Positions 18,702-28,119 are shown, counted from the first letter of the stretch. The stretch is 47,370 nt of DNA from an uncultured Thermoplasmatales archaeon (GCA_964612535.1 CAZTDS010000002.1:1509-48878), one strand, 5' to 3'. Translations and numbers: made by a program. Notes: a model not told the origin generated them from the letters alone.

Positions 18702-20288
18702 ATGAGAAAAACTCTGGCATTAGCTATATGCTGGCTGTTATTTGTTTCTGCCATAACATTTGCTTCCGTAGATGTTAATGACAAAGAGAGTACATTTTCG
18801 CTTCAGTTGCCTGGAGAGCATTCAACACTGACAACTCATGATGGCTCAATTCGGGATGATGAACTCGCTAAATACATTGGTGAGCAGATACCCAAAAATG
18901 AGAAAGGAGAACCACAGGTTAAAGATGTGAAAATTTTCTTCAATAGCTGTTTCGGAGGAGGTATGCTCGACGATTTCCAGAAAATTTTCGGAAAAGGCGG
19001 CACATGCGAGGGAGTGCCTTGGATATTCGGCTCCGCCAGCAAGGAAGACGAGACGGCGAAAGGATGGAGTGACAGTACGGTGAAAAATCATCCTGATAAA
19101 AATCTTGGGAGTTGTTGGACAGACGCTCTTGCTGGAAAGCAGTGCAGTCCTACAGATGCTTCAAAAGGAGCTATACTTGACAGGACATCAGACAATGTAA
19201 AAGATGATTTAGAATGGGCTAAGGAGCATGATGATTCAGGTCCAAAACATGATAATCATGAGCATCCAGTAATTGCATATGGAAATGGAGGGGATAAGAT
19301 AAAATGGAATGGTGCGAAGAAACATCGTGCGGTTGTTTTTGGAGGGGATAACACAGATTTGAGGCATGATAATAACATTGAAAATGTTGGAAACGCTCTA
19401 ACCAAGATATGGAGTGGTGCTGAATATACCATCTATTATGGATGGGGGGATGAGACCACAGGCACAAAAAAATATTTGAAGAAAATAATAAAAGAAGTCT
19501 GTTCAGAGCTGGATAAAGATACTGAACTCGTTCTTTACTTTGATGATCATGGCGATACTGAATTTGATTTTGATGAGTTCATGGAATGGCTTTTACCTCA
19601 TTCATTTGTAAATGATACATCAATTACATTTAATTTGCATTCTGGATGGGTTAATGGTTTCACCGCCATGCAAAATCAGATGGATGAAATATCTCCTTAT
19701 CTACACATAAATTTAACTGGCTACATAATTGGAGAGGAATGGAATATTTATTTGAACGATGCCATTATAATGCTACCAGAAGGAAAGGTAGATGGAGAAT
19801 TAAAACTCAGTATTGACTGGAGGACTATAAGAGAGGGAGAAAATATTCTAACAATTTCTCCAGTAGGCGAGCCAACAATGCCTATGACAATAAACAATCT
19901 TGAATTATGCAGCGGACCAATAAATGAGGTTGAAAAGGATACTTCCGCATCGCCAGAAATCTCTATTATACATCCAGCAGATAGATATGTATATTTCTTT
20001 GGCTTGCCTGTCATACCATTTCCATCAGACTATGAGCCAGAAATGCATTTCAGCTTGATTATAGGCCCGGCATTTATCATGGCTAAAGCTTATAGCGATG
20101 TAGGTATAGAAAAGGTCGATTTTTATATTGATGAATCTCTGATACACTCGTCTAAGATTGCACCACACATATATTTTTGGAATCCTCCATCAGGAATGAG
20201 CTGGCACGAAATTAGAGTTGTGGCATATGCAAAGGATGGTGTCGTCTCGACAGATTCGAGAAGCATTGCCAGCATAGGCTTTGTGTAA
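18702..20288 (+). CDS. Secreted hypothetical protein with legumain/caspase-like His/Cys motifs and C-terminal Ig-like domain
   Basis: The track ORF starts at TTG 18678. ATG 18702 is preceded by GGGGAGGT and gives the signal peptide MRKTLALAICWLLFVSAITFASV. Motifs are TTHDGS...FFNSCFGGGM and HRAVVFGGDNTDLRHD...LVLYFDDHGDT. The C-terminus (VDFYIDESL...HEIRVVAYAKDG) looks like a bacterial Ig-like fold. Confidence 0.7.
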   Translation: MRKTLALAICWLLFVSAITFASVDVNDKESTFSLQLPGEHSTLTTHDGSIRDDELAKYIGEQIPKNEKGEPQVKDVKIFFNSCFGGGMLDDFQKIFGKGGTCEGVPWIFGSASKEDETAKGWSDSTVKNHPDKNLGSCWTDALAGKQCSPTDASKGAILDRTSDNVKDDLEWAKEHDDSGPKHDNHEHPVIAYGNGGDKIKWNGAKKHRAVVFGGDNTDLRHDNNIENVGNALTKIWSGAEYTIYYGWGDETTGTKKYLKKIIKEVCSELDKDTELVLYFDDHGDTEFDFDEFMEWLLPHSFVNDTSITFNLHSGWVNGFTAMQNQMDEISPYLHINLTGYIIGEEWNIYLNDAIIMLPEGKVDGELKLSIDWRTIREGENILTISPVGEPTMPMTINNLELCSGPINEVEKDTSASPEISIIHPADRYVYFFGLPVIPFPSDYEPEMHFSLIIGPAFIMAKAYSDVGIEKVDFYIDESLIHSSKIAPHIYFWNPPSGMSWHEIRVVAYAKDGVVSTDSRSIASIGFV

Positions 20289-20306
20289 ATAGAAACCCTC
20301 TTTCCC

Positions 20307-20323
20307 TTAATTTTTTAAAAAAT
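20307..20323. terminator. Possible bidirectional oligo-T terminator (TTAATTTTTTAAAAAAT)
   Basis: T6 immediately followed by A6, lying between two convergent genes (ends at 20288 and 20346). Confidence 0.35.
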
Positions 20324-20345
20324 ATGAATGGGAGGAGAAAAGGCG

Positions 20346-20642
20346 TTACTTTATGACGCTTCTGAGTACTCCCTTCGGATCCTTTGCAAACAATATAATT
20401 TCCCATATCAGCAATGCCACAATTATTAGCACTATTGAAAGGAGTATCGCATCTGTCGTTATTTCTATAAACTCGCCTCCTTCCATTAAATAGCCGATAA
20501 CGTGGTCAACGAATACCATGATTACTGTGCCCCACAGAATGAGGTTGAGCATCCCTATTTTATATGTTTCCCTTGCCTCATCGCTTATATACCATATTGC
20601 TGTGACAATAGCTGCCGCCAGAGTGGTTGCGATGAGCCACAT
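20346..20642 (-). CDS. Small 3-TM membrane protein (paralog B)
   Basis: 98-aa ORF with ATG start. TM2 motif KIGMLNLILWGTVIMVFVDHVI parallels the neighbouring gene. Confidence 0.6.
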   Translation of the reverse strand: MWLIATTLAAAIVTAIWYISDEARETYKIGMLNLILWGTVIMVFVDHVIGYLMEGGEFIEITTDAILLSIVLIIVALLIWEIILFAKDPKGVLRSVIK

Positions 20643-20649
20643 GTTATCT

Positions 20650-20997
20650 TTACACTCTGGCTACTTTCCTTACAGTTACCTTTTCCTTCAATGCAATCGT
20701 TACCGCAACCATGATTGCCCATACAAGGGTTATCACTATACTCATTGCTCCACCAACAATCGCCATTTCATGGAGCATTGCTGGAATATCTGCTGGATTG
20801 TTCATTGCTGTGAGAAAAGGTGGCCACGGCACAACTTCTCCATGCCATATGTGCTCGATGGCAAGCAAAAGCACGCCGCCCCACAGCATTGTGTTAAGCC
20901 AACCAAGTTTTAGCTTTTCAGCCCTTTCCTTTCCCACTGCCTTTTGCACAACTGTCGTTACAACCGCCTCAGCTCCCGGAACCAGAAAACACGCCAT
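20650..20997 (-). CDS. Small 3-TM membrane protein (paralog A)
   Basis: The track start is GTG 21006. ATG 20997 is preceded by GAGGTGGG. TM2 motif is KLGWLNTMLWGGVLLLAIEHIW. Confidence 0.6.
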   Translation of the reverse strand: MACFLVPGAEAVVTTVVQKAVGKERAEKLKLGWLNTMLWGGVLLLAIEHIWHGEVVPWPPFLTAMNNPADIPAMLHEMAIVGGAMSIVITLVWAIMVAVTIALKEKVTVRKVARV

Positions 20998-21128
20998 TTT
21001 TCCCACCTCGGTAGCAATTTTTTAATTTTGGTGTTACAGTAACGGCAAGAAATATAAAAAATTTTCGTAGATGGTAGATAGCAGGCAGCTTGCAGATAAA
21101 ATTATATCATCGTGAAAATATTAAATTC

Positions 21129-21977
21129 ATGAAAGTGCTGCCGTTATTTTCCGACTCTCTTGGCGTAAGATCAATGGCAACGATAGTTGAATTGAACGAA
21201 GAAAAAATTTTTATCGATGCCTCCGCTGCCCTGGGGCCATCTCGCTATGGGCTGCCGCCGCATCGCCTCGAAATAGAAGCGTTGCAGAATGCGAAGCGAC
21301 GGATAGCTGAGCTGGCAAAAGATTGCAATTACCATGTCATAACCCATTATCATTATGACCATCATGACCCGAATGAGAGTTTTTATGTTGGCAGGAAAAT
21401 TTTTGCAAAAAGGATAGATAGCCATATAAACAGGAGCCAGCAGGAGAGAGGAGCATATTTTAAGGAAGTTTTTGAGGATAAAGCGGAGATAATATACTGT
21501 GATGGTGAGGAGTATGAAATTGATGCCCATAAAATCAAATTTTCCCCTCCGTTTCCTCATGGGCCACATGGAATAAGGCTTGGATACGTCATAATGGTGA
21601 GTATAGAAAATAAGGAGAAAATGCTCTTTGCCTCAGATGTTCAGGGGCCGGTGTATGAGAAAGCAAAGGATTATATAATTGAGGAGATGCCGGATCTGCT
21701 CATAATGGATGGCCCGCCATCATATTTCCTCGGCTGGCGTTTTTCACAGGAAAATTTAGAAAAGGCGGAGAAAAATCTGATGGAAATCATGGAAAAAACT
21801 GATTGTATGCTCATCCTCGACCATCATTTGCTCAGGGACATAAAATACAAAGAGAGGATGAAAAACCTCTATGAGCAATATGGAGATAGAATAAAGACAT
21901 TTGCAGAGTGGAATGGAATGGAAAATAACATGCTTGAGGCAAGAAGGAATGAGTTATGGAGAGAATATGGAGAATAA
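21129..21977 (+). CDS. UPF0282-family metallo-beta-lactamase-fold protein
   Basis: The track start is TTG 21090; ATG 21129 gives MKVLPLFSDSLGVRSMATIVE.... The THYHYDHH histidine cluster is typical of the archaeal UPF0282/MBL-fold family. Confidence 0.75.
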   Translation: MKVLPLFSDSLGVRSMATIVELNEEKIFIDASAALGPSRYGLPPHRLEIEALQNAKRRIAELAKDCNYHVITHYHYDHHDPNESFYVGRKIFAKRIDSHINRSQQERGAYFKEVFEDKAEIIYCDGEEYEIDAHKIKFSPPFPHGPHGIRLGYVIMVSIENKEKMLFASDVQGPVYEKAKDYIIEEMPDLLIMDGPPSYFLGWRFSQENLEKAEKNLMEIMEKTDCMLILDHHLLRDIKYKERMKNLYEQYGDRIKTFAEWNGMENNMLEARRNELWREYGE

Positions 21978-22004
21978 ATGATTTTCAGATTCCAGTAGAG
22001 CGGA

Positions 22005-22829
22005 ATGTTCTTAAACGTTGAGCCATTAATTTTCCTGATGCAGGGTAGGACAAAATGCCCGTACTGTGGCAAAAACGTCGTTGTGGAAGTGCCTGACGGG
22101 GCAAGTGGAATACAGAAGACAAAATGCCCGAATTGCGGAATGACAATGAAAGTGGATGTGAGGGAGAGGGAAGATATTGAAGAAAGCCCTCTTCATCCAT
22201 TGGTTAAAAGAAAACCCTCAAAAATGCCGGTTATTGCGGGCATACTTCTTATAGTTGCGGCACTGCTCGGTATCTCAATGGGCGCCGCCCTCCTGTTTTC
22301 GGAAAACGAGGCGCTGCAGGGAAGCGGGATGTATGAAGGAATGGTAACAGATGGCGAAGGCAAACCGCTGGAAGGAGTGGAGATATATGTTGTTTCTGGC
22401 GGGAGTGTGGAAAAGGTGGCTGAAACAGATGAAAAGGGATATTTTCACATCGAGAACCTTTCTGCAGGGAAGCACAGGATAATGGTGAAAAAGGAAGGAT
22501 ATGTTACAAAAAATGTAACCATAGGAGTGTTTCCCTTCAAGAGTTTTTTGAAGGAAAAAATAGTGCTAAACAGTGGTGAGGGATGGGAGAATAAGAAGGC
22601 TCTATCTGCATGGGTTTTTGATATACTGCCTTTATTTTCTGCAGCAATAATTATTCTATCGATTCCTCCTCTTATTGGAGGGATATTTGCTCTGATGAAA
22701 AAATTTGAGATTGTTGCCATAATCGGCGCTATCTTTGGCATTTTTTCAATCGGCTTCATTATAGGAAGCATATTGAGCATAGTCGCTCTAATACTGCTTT
22801 TAATTTCAAAAGAGGAATTCAGGGCATGA
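22005..22829 (+). CDS. Membrane protein with N-terminal zinc ribbon and carboxypeptidase-regulatory-like (CarboxypepD_reg) beta-sandwich
   Basis: It has CPYCG...CPNCG, then a TM helix, then GMVTDGEGKPLEGVEIYVV...GYFHIENLSAGKHRIMVKKEGY, then about 3 C-terminal TM helices. The start is uncertain (22005 or 22038). Confidence 0.6.
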   Translation: MFLNVEPLIFLMQGRTKCPYCGKNVVVEVPDGASGIQKTKCPNCGMTMKVDVREREDIEESPLHPLVKRKPSKMPVIAGILLIVAALLGISMGAALLFSENEALQGSGMYEGMVTDGEGKPLEGVEIYVVSGGSVEKVAETDEKGYFHIENLSAGKHRIMVKKEGYVTKNVTIGVFPFKSFLKEKIVLNSGEGWENKKALSAWVFDILPLFSAAIIILSIPPLIGGIFALMKKFEIVAIIGAIFGIFSIGFIIGSILSIVALILLLISKEEFRA

Positions 22830-22836
22830 TTTATTA

Positions 22837-24000
22837 ATGCCGTTATCATTTAACCTTGTGCATCCAAGTGAAGCCATAAAAGGAAGTATTTCAAAAAAAC
22901 TATCTGGCAAAAAAATAATTTTAGCTCTGACAGGCGGAATAGCATGTGTTGAATGCGTTAAACTGGCGAGGCAACTAATAAGGCATGGGGCGGATGTTTA
23001 TGCTGTTATGAGCAGAGAGGCATGCAGAATAATATCAACGATTGCCATGGAATTTGCCACTGGAAGAGAAGTTATTACAGAACTTGGTGGAAAAGTTGAG
23101 CATGTTAGCTTAGACGCTGATCTAATGCTCATTGCTCCCTGCACTGCCAATACAGTTGCAAAAATAGCACTCGGCATTGCTGACAATGCTGTAACAACTT
23201 TCGCTATCGCCTTCGACGGAAAAATATTGCTGGCGCCATCAATGCACCTCTCCATGTATGAAAATGAATTTTTTAAAGAAAATTTGAAGAAATGCGAGGA
23301 GAAAGGCATTGGCATAATACTGCCTAAAATCGAGGAAAATAAGGCGAAGATGGCAGACGTAGATAGAATAGTAAAGGAGGTAATAAGAGAGCTTAGAGGG
23401 GATAAGAAAGGCAAGAAAATTCTGATAATTGGGGGAGCAACCCATGAGGCAATAGATGATGTGAGGGTTATAACAAATCTTTCCTCTGGCAAAATGGCGA
23501 GAGCTATAGTCAGCGAAGCATATGAAAGAGGTATGGAAGTCACAGTATGGGCGAGTTTTGATATGCCCGGTTATATAAAAACGAAGAAATTCAGGAGTGT
23601 AAATGATTTAATAAATCTGGTAGAAAAGGCGAAGGAGAAATATGATGCCGTAATAAATTGTGCTGCAATTTCAGATTTTGTTGTTGATAAAAAGAAGGGA
23701 AAAATACCATCCGGAAAAGAAATTATGCTGAAATTAAAGCCGGCCCCACGCATAAATCCAATGCTCAGAAAAATTGGCAAAACCATAGTTGCATTCAAAC
23801 TTGAGGAGAGAGAGGAACTTTTGGAGGAGAAGGCAAGAGAAATGATCGCCAGAGACGGCGTTGATATTGTAATAGGAAATACGGTAGAAAGTCTTGGAAA
23901 GGACACGGCAAAGATATGGATTATTGATAAAAATGGTGTATTGGCCACAGCTAAAGGAAAAAAAGAAGAAATTGCCGAAAAAATCATCGATTTAATATGA
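22837..24000 (+). CDS. coaBC: Bifunctional phosphopantothenoylcysteine decarboxylase / phosphopantothenate-cysteine ligase (CoaBC/Dfp)
   Basis: 387-aa ORF with an N-terminal flavoprotein domain (ILALTGGIACVE, PCTANTVAK) and a C-terminal DFP domain (ITNLSSGKMA). Confidence 0.9.
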   Translation: MPLSFNLVHPSEAIKGSISKKLSGKKIILALTGGIACVECVKLARQLIRHGADVYAVMSREACRIISTIAMEFATGREVITELGGKVEHVSLDADLMLIAPCTANTVAKIALGIADNAVTTFAIAFDGKILLAPSMHLSMYENEFFKENLKKCEEKGIGIILPKIEENKAKMADVDRIVKEVIRELRGDKKGKKILIIGGATHEAIDDVRVITNLSSGKMARAIVSEAYERGMEVTVWASFDMPGYIKTKKFRSVNDLINLVEKAKEKYDAVINCAAISDFVVDKKKGKIPSGKEIMLKLKPAPRINPMLRKIGKTIVAFKLEEREELLEEKAREMIARDGVDIVIGNTVESLGKDTAKIWIIDKNGVLATAKGKKEEIAEKIIDLI

Positions 24001-24827
24001 AAGCAATCGCTTTCTGCCCGGCCCATATTACAGGTTTTTTTGAAGTGTGTTATGATGAGGACGGCAACAAAATTGGTTCAAGAGGGGCGGGCATCAGTGT
24101 GACGAAAGGAAGTTATGCAGAAGTGCTGCCATCAAAAGCCATAGAAATAAAAGGAAATGTTGGCAGGGGGGAGGTGACGAGGGAGGCAATGGAAATGCTG
24201 GGGGTAAGGGCGAGGGCAAAAATAAAAAATGAGCTTCCATTCTCGCAGGGTTTTGGCATGAGCGCTGCTTCTACTCTTGCCACCTGCCTTGCTGCCTGCC
24301 GCCTTTATGGCATTGAGGAGATGGAAGGTGTTAAAGCTACTCATGTGGCGGAGATAAAAATGGCGACGGGGCTTGGAGATGTCGTCGCATCATATGCTGG
24401 CGGACTGGAAATCAGAAAGGAGGCTGGCTTGGGAGGCGTGGAGAAAATAGAATGGCGAGAAAGAGTTTTTCTTGCTGTTGTGGGGGATGAGATTGAAACA
24501 AGAAAGGTGTTGCTTGATGATAAGATGGTGGAAAAAATAAATGAAGCAGGAAGGGAATGCTTAAAGGAGTTTATCTCCTCACCCTCCCTCGACAAATTTT
24601 TTGAACTCTCCCTCCATTTTTCTCTTAATACAGGATTAGCAAATGAAAAGATGGAGAGGATATTGAAGGAGGCAAATAAAATTGGCAGGGCAGCGATGTG
24701 CATGCTTGGCAACTCAATTGTTGCAACTGGTGGCAAGGAAATGAGAAAATTTCTTTCATCATACACAAACTATGAATGCTTTATAGATAATGAAGGAGCA
24801 AGGGTGTTAGCAACCTTTTTCCCTTAA
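23997..24827 (+). CDS. Pantoate kinase (archaeal CoA pathway, GHMP kinase family)
   Basis: 276-aa ORF with MKAIAFCPAHITGFF and the GHMP motif PFSQGFGMSAAS. ATGA overlap with coaBC. Confidence 0.8.
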   Translation: MKAIAFCPAHITGFFEVCYDEDGNKIGSRGAGISVTKGSYAEVLPSKAIEIKGNVGRGEVTREAMEMLGVRARAKIKNELPFSQGFGMSAASTLATCLAACRLYGIEEMEGVKATHVAEIKMATGLGDVVASYAGGLEIRKEAGLGGVEKIEWRERVFLAVVGDEIETRKVLLDDKMVEKINEAGRECLKEFISSPSLDKFFELSLHFSLNTGLANEKMERILKEANKIGRAAMCMLGNSIVATGGKEMRKFLSSYTNYECFIDNEGARVLATFFP

Positions 24828-24920
24828 CCACTTCCTTAAACAACGGCGGTGCCAGTATTTGCCCTCCTTAAAGAGTTCCTCCTCACCCTCTATTTCCTCA
24901 TTGCAGTATGCACATTTCAT
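24807..24920 (-). CDS. Possible 35-aa zinc-ribbon-like mini-protein
   Basis: Hand translation gives MKCAYCNEEIEGEEELFKEGKYWHRRCLRKWLREKGC (C-x2-C-x17-H-x2-C). A TATA-like AATTTTATATTTG lies on the minus strand 16-28 nt upstream. The ORF overlaps the pantoate kinase 3' end in antisense. Unsupported beyond this. Confidence 0.25.
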   Translation of the reverse strand: MKCAYCNEEIEGEEELFKEGKYWHRRCLRKWLREKGC

Positions 24921-24948
24921 GAATGTAAATGGTGGGCAAATATAAAAT

Positions 24949-27900
24949 TCATTTGATGCTTTTCACCTCTTCATATATCTGCTGCAGCAACTCTACATAG
25001 TCTGCTTTTCCGCTTTCAACCATATCCATTTCCTCTTCTATTTTCCTCGTTCTCTCCTCGCTTACAAACTCGCCGTAATTTGATGCAAGAAAGCTGTATA
25101 TTTCTAAGCCCCTTTTCGTTGGTAAAAGGCGACCATTCTTTTCGACAACATAATTTCTCATGAAAAGTTTTTCGACTATAGTTGCATATGTGGAAGGTCT
25201 TCCAATGCCCTTTTCCTTCATTGTATGTATAACTTCAGATTGTGTAAATAGCGGTGATTTAGGCAGCATCTTTATTATCGCTCTTTTCCTGAATCTACCT
25301 TCTGGCAACTCTCTTTTTACAGCAACACTTCTGTAAAGCTCATATGCCTTCCCTTCCACCTTTACTACACGATTCTCCTCCATTTCCCTGCCGTCATACT
25401 TTATCCTGTATTTCCTCATTTCAACCTCAAAAGGCTTGCATTGACTTGCCATAAACCGGCGGAAAATTAAATCATATAGAGCCAGATGCTGCCATGTCAT
25501 TTCCTCAACCTGAATAACATTCTCCTGAATGAGGCGATGCAGCAGGTTTTTATCCCATGGGCGGGTGGGGCGGATGCACTCGTGGGCGCCGTGCTGCACT
25601 CCTTGGCGGGGATGAAAATGGGCGCCGAGAAATTCCCTTGCAATTTTAAGACCGGCATCGCTCACATATGCGGAATCTGTTCTATGATATGTTATTAAAC
25701 CGCTTTCGAATAAATCCTGCAGGAGTTTCATTGTTTTATTGGCAGGAATCTTAAGAATGGAATTGGCATCGCGAAGCACCTCATCTGTTGTATAGGGCGG
25801 CAGCGGGTTCTTCATTTCTTTCTTTGCTTCAATGAGTTTTATTTCGATATCAACCTCTCCTTTTTCAATTCCCTCCAGCATGAGGCCGAAATCGGGGATT
25901 ATGCCAACTTTCCTCTTTTCTTTATGCTCCTCAGCCCTCTTTATAATCCAGCCGAGCACGGGAGTTTGAGCTCTTCCTGCGGAGAGATTCCTGTTATTGA
26001 AAACCTCCCAGAGTTTTTGACTCAAACAAAAGCCAATCCATCTGTCTTCTATCCTCCTTACAATCTGTGCTTTAACAAGATTCTCATCTATCTCTCTCAA
26101 ATTTTTCATGGCTTTTTTTATGGCTACAGGTGTTATTTCATGGAATTCAGCCCTCTTTATTTCCCCGCATCCAGCAAGTAAATTCGCGATGTCCCATGCT
26201 ATTTTCTCTCCTTCCGCATCTGGATCAGTGCCTATTATTATATTTCCTGCTTCATATGCAATTTTTCTCAAAGCCTCTATTCTTTCCCTTGCATCATTTA
26301 TGTTCTTGCTTCCACATCTCAGGCATTCTTTTCTTTCCTCCGTGAATTGATATCCGCAATCTGCGCATTTTTTAATGGAGGCGTATATTGGTATGAATTT
26401 TCCATTCACCTCCACCCCATGAAATGCTTCGCCAGTAATCAAATCGGTTAGATGACCGAGGCTTGCTGTTATAAGGAGAATATGATCCTCGCTCGCCACT
26501 TCATATACTATTGAGTTGCCAACTGCTTTTATACTTGGTTTTCCGAAGAAGCGGGCAATCTGTTTTGCTTTTGTTGGGCTCTCAACAACAAAAAGAGATG
26601 GCTTTATCAAATCCTCCTCCTTCCTTCCTCTAATTTTCCTGCTTTCCTCCACTTCCTTCATTGCCTTTTCAATGTCAATTTCATCCATTCCTTTAAACTC
26701 TATATCATAGTAGCTTGCCCTTCGCCTGAATGCATTGAGCAATTCCTCATCATCCTCAAAAAGAAATGAAAGCCCTTTTGTTATGCCCCCCGCCAGCAGG
26801 CGGGAGGTTCTTCCCGAGCCTTGAATGTATGTCCTTATATCCGGCAAAATAATTTCTCCCTGCCGCAAAACAAAATCTTCTTCCTTTCCTATTCCCTCCT
26901 CCATTATAATTTTTATCTTTTCCTTCAGTTCCTGAAATTCCCCCCTTTTTTCTATTGTTGGAAGGAGAGGAATGAATTTTTTTATCTCTTCCCTCTCCCT
27001 GAGCAAACTTGCAATAAATTTTATCATATTTGGGCTTAAGGAATCAATATCCTCGATTCTTATTCTTATGGCAGGCGCACCTATGAAAATGGCATATTTT
27101 ATCTCTTTTGGCAAATCTATACCTCTTATCAATGCTCCATAATAATAGGCTGTGCCTATGAGAAAATCAATCTTGCCCTCTTTAAAATCCTGAAAAGCTT
27201 TTTTGCTTTTTGCTGTTACAAGCCCTATCTTAAAATCATCCTTTAATTTTTCATGCCATTCCTCCGCCTCCTCGCTGCTCCTCGCATATATTATTCCCCC
27301 GCTTCCCAGCTTTTTGAGCAAATTTTTAATTGTTTCGTGGCTTTCATCATTTATATAAATATCATCGATGTTCCTTATGGCAAAATGAGATGAGCCAACA
27401 TCAAAGTTCAGGAGGCGGCGAAATAGCTCTGCTTTCCTGCCTTTTTTAGCTGTTGCTGTTGAAACCATCAGAACCCCCTTTGCTTTTCCCTTCCAGCCAT
27501 TTTCGAAATAAAAGCCGAGAAGATTCAGAATTCGATCCACATTTTTTGATGCCTTTAATATGGCATCCACATCATCAACAAAAATGAAATCAAAGGTGAA
27601 GTTGCTTAATTTATCGAAATGTTTTGCGAGAAACTGGGTTGTGGTAATCAGCACATCAAACTCTCCTTTCTGCAATTTTTCAAAAAACTCCTCCTTGTTT
27701 TTTATATTTCCGTGATAAAAAAGAACCTCTGCTTTCCTGCCTGTTCTTTCCTTTATTTTCTCCGCCGCCTCCGCTGCCTGCTGCACAAGGAGGGTTGTTG
27801 GAAATAGAATGTAACTCTTCTTTCCCTTGCCAGCAAGGAACAAAGCCATTGCTATGCCAAATGAACTCTTCCCTATACCAGTGGGCGCAACCGCAGCAAA

Positions 27901-28119
27901 ACTTTCGTTTCTTAGCACCCTCTTCGCCCAGAATATCTGCAAGGCTCTTGCCTTCCCTATGGCTTTTTCGAAGAAATCAAGAAATTCTTTTGTTGCCTCC
28001 TCCTCTTTAAAATAGCAGAGTGGTTTTTTTGTTATGCTGCATTTCTTTGCCTCAATTTCTGATGTTTTTAGCTCTCCATGACATATATGGCAGAGGTTGG
28101 CATATTTTGCCTCAATCAT
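24949..28119 (-). CDS. rgy: Reverse gyrase
   Basis: 1056-aa ORF. It has an N-terminal zinc finger (CHICHG), an SF2 helicase domain (APTGIGKSS, DDVD), and a type IA topoisomerase Toprim/catalytic part (LFVVESPTKAKQI, GTDPDAEGE, ITYHRTDS). Confidence 0.97.
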   Translation of the reverse strand: MIEAKYANLCHICHGELKTSEIEAKKCSITKKPLCYFKEEEATKEFLDFFEKAIGKARALQIFWAKRVLRNESFAAVAPTGIGKSSFGIAMALFLAGKGKKSYILFPTTLLVQQAAEAAEKIKERTGRKAEVLFYHGNIKNKEEFFEKLQKGEFDVLITTTQFLAKHFDKLSNFTFDFIFVDDVDAILKASKNVDRILNLLGFYFENGWKGKAKGVLMVSTATAKKGRKAELFRRLLNFDVGSSHFAIRNIDDIYINDESHETIKNLLKKLGSGGIIYARSSEEAEEWHEKLKDDFKIGLVTAKSKKAFQDFKEGKIDFLIGTAYYYGALIRGIDLPKEIKYAIFIGAPAIRIRIEDIDSLSPNMIKFIASLLREREEIKKFIPLLPTIEKRGEFQELKEKIKIIMEEGIGKEEDFVLRQGEIILPDIRTYIQGSGRTSRLLAGGITKGLSFLFEDDEELLNAFRRRASYYDIEFKGMDEIDIEKAMKEVEESRKIRGRKEEDLIKPSLFVVESPTKAKQIARFFGKPSIKAVGNSIVYEVASEDHILLITASLGHLTDLITGEAFHGVEVNGKFIPIYASIKKCADCGYQFTEERKECLRCGSKNINDARERIEALRKIAYEAGNIIIGTDPDAEGEKIAWDIANLLAGCGEIKRAEFHEITPVAIKKAMKNLREIDENLVKAQIVRRIEDRWIGFCLSQKLWEVFNNRNLSAGRAQTPVLGWIIKRAEEHKEKRKVGIIPDFGLMLEGIEKGEVDIEIKLIEAKKEMKNPLPPYTTDEVLRDANSILKIPANKTMKLLQDLFESGLITYHRTDSAYVSDAGLKIAREFLGAHFHPRQGVQHGAHECIRPTRPWDKNLLHRLIQENVIQVEEMTWQHLALYDLIFRRFMASQCKPFEVEMRKYRIKYDGREMEENRVVKVEGKAYELYRSVAVKRELPEGRFRKRAIIKMLPKSPLFTQSEVIHTMKEKGIGRPSTYATIVEKLFMRNYVVEKNGRLLPTKRGLEIYSFLASNYGEFVSEERTRKIEEEMDMVESGKADYVELLQQIYEEVKSIK

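Noticed and set aside
22998-24026. Minus-strand ORFs 22998-23543 and 23571-24026 within coaBC
   Set aside because: They are antisense to the well-supported CoaBC gene and give low-complexity Ser/Ile/Phe-rich translations.
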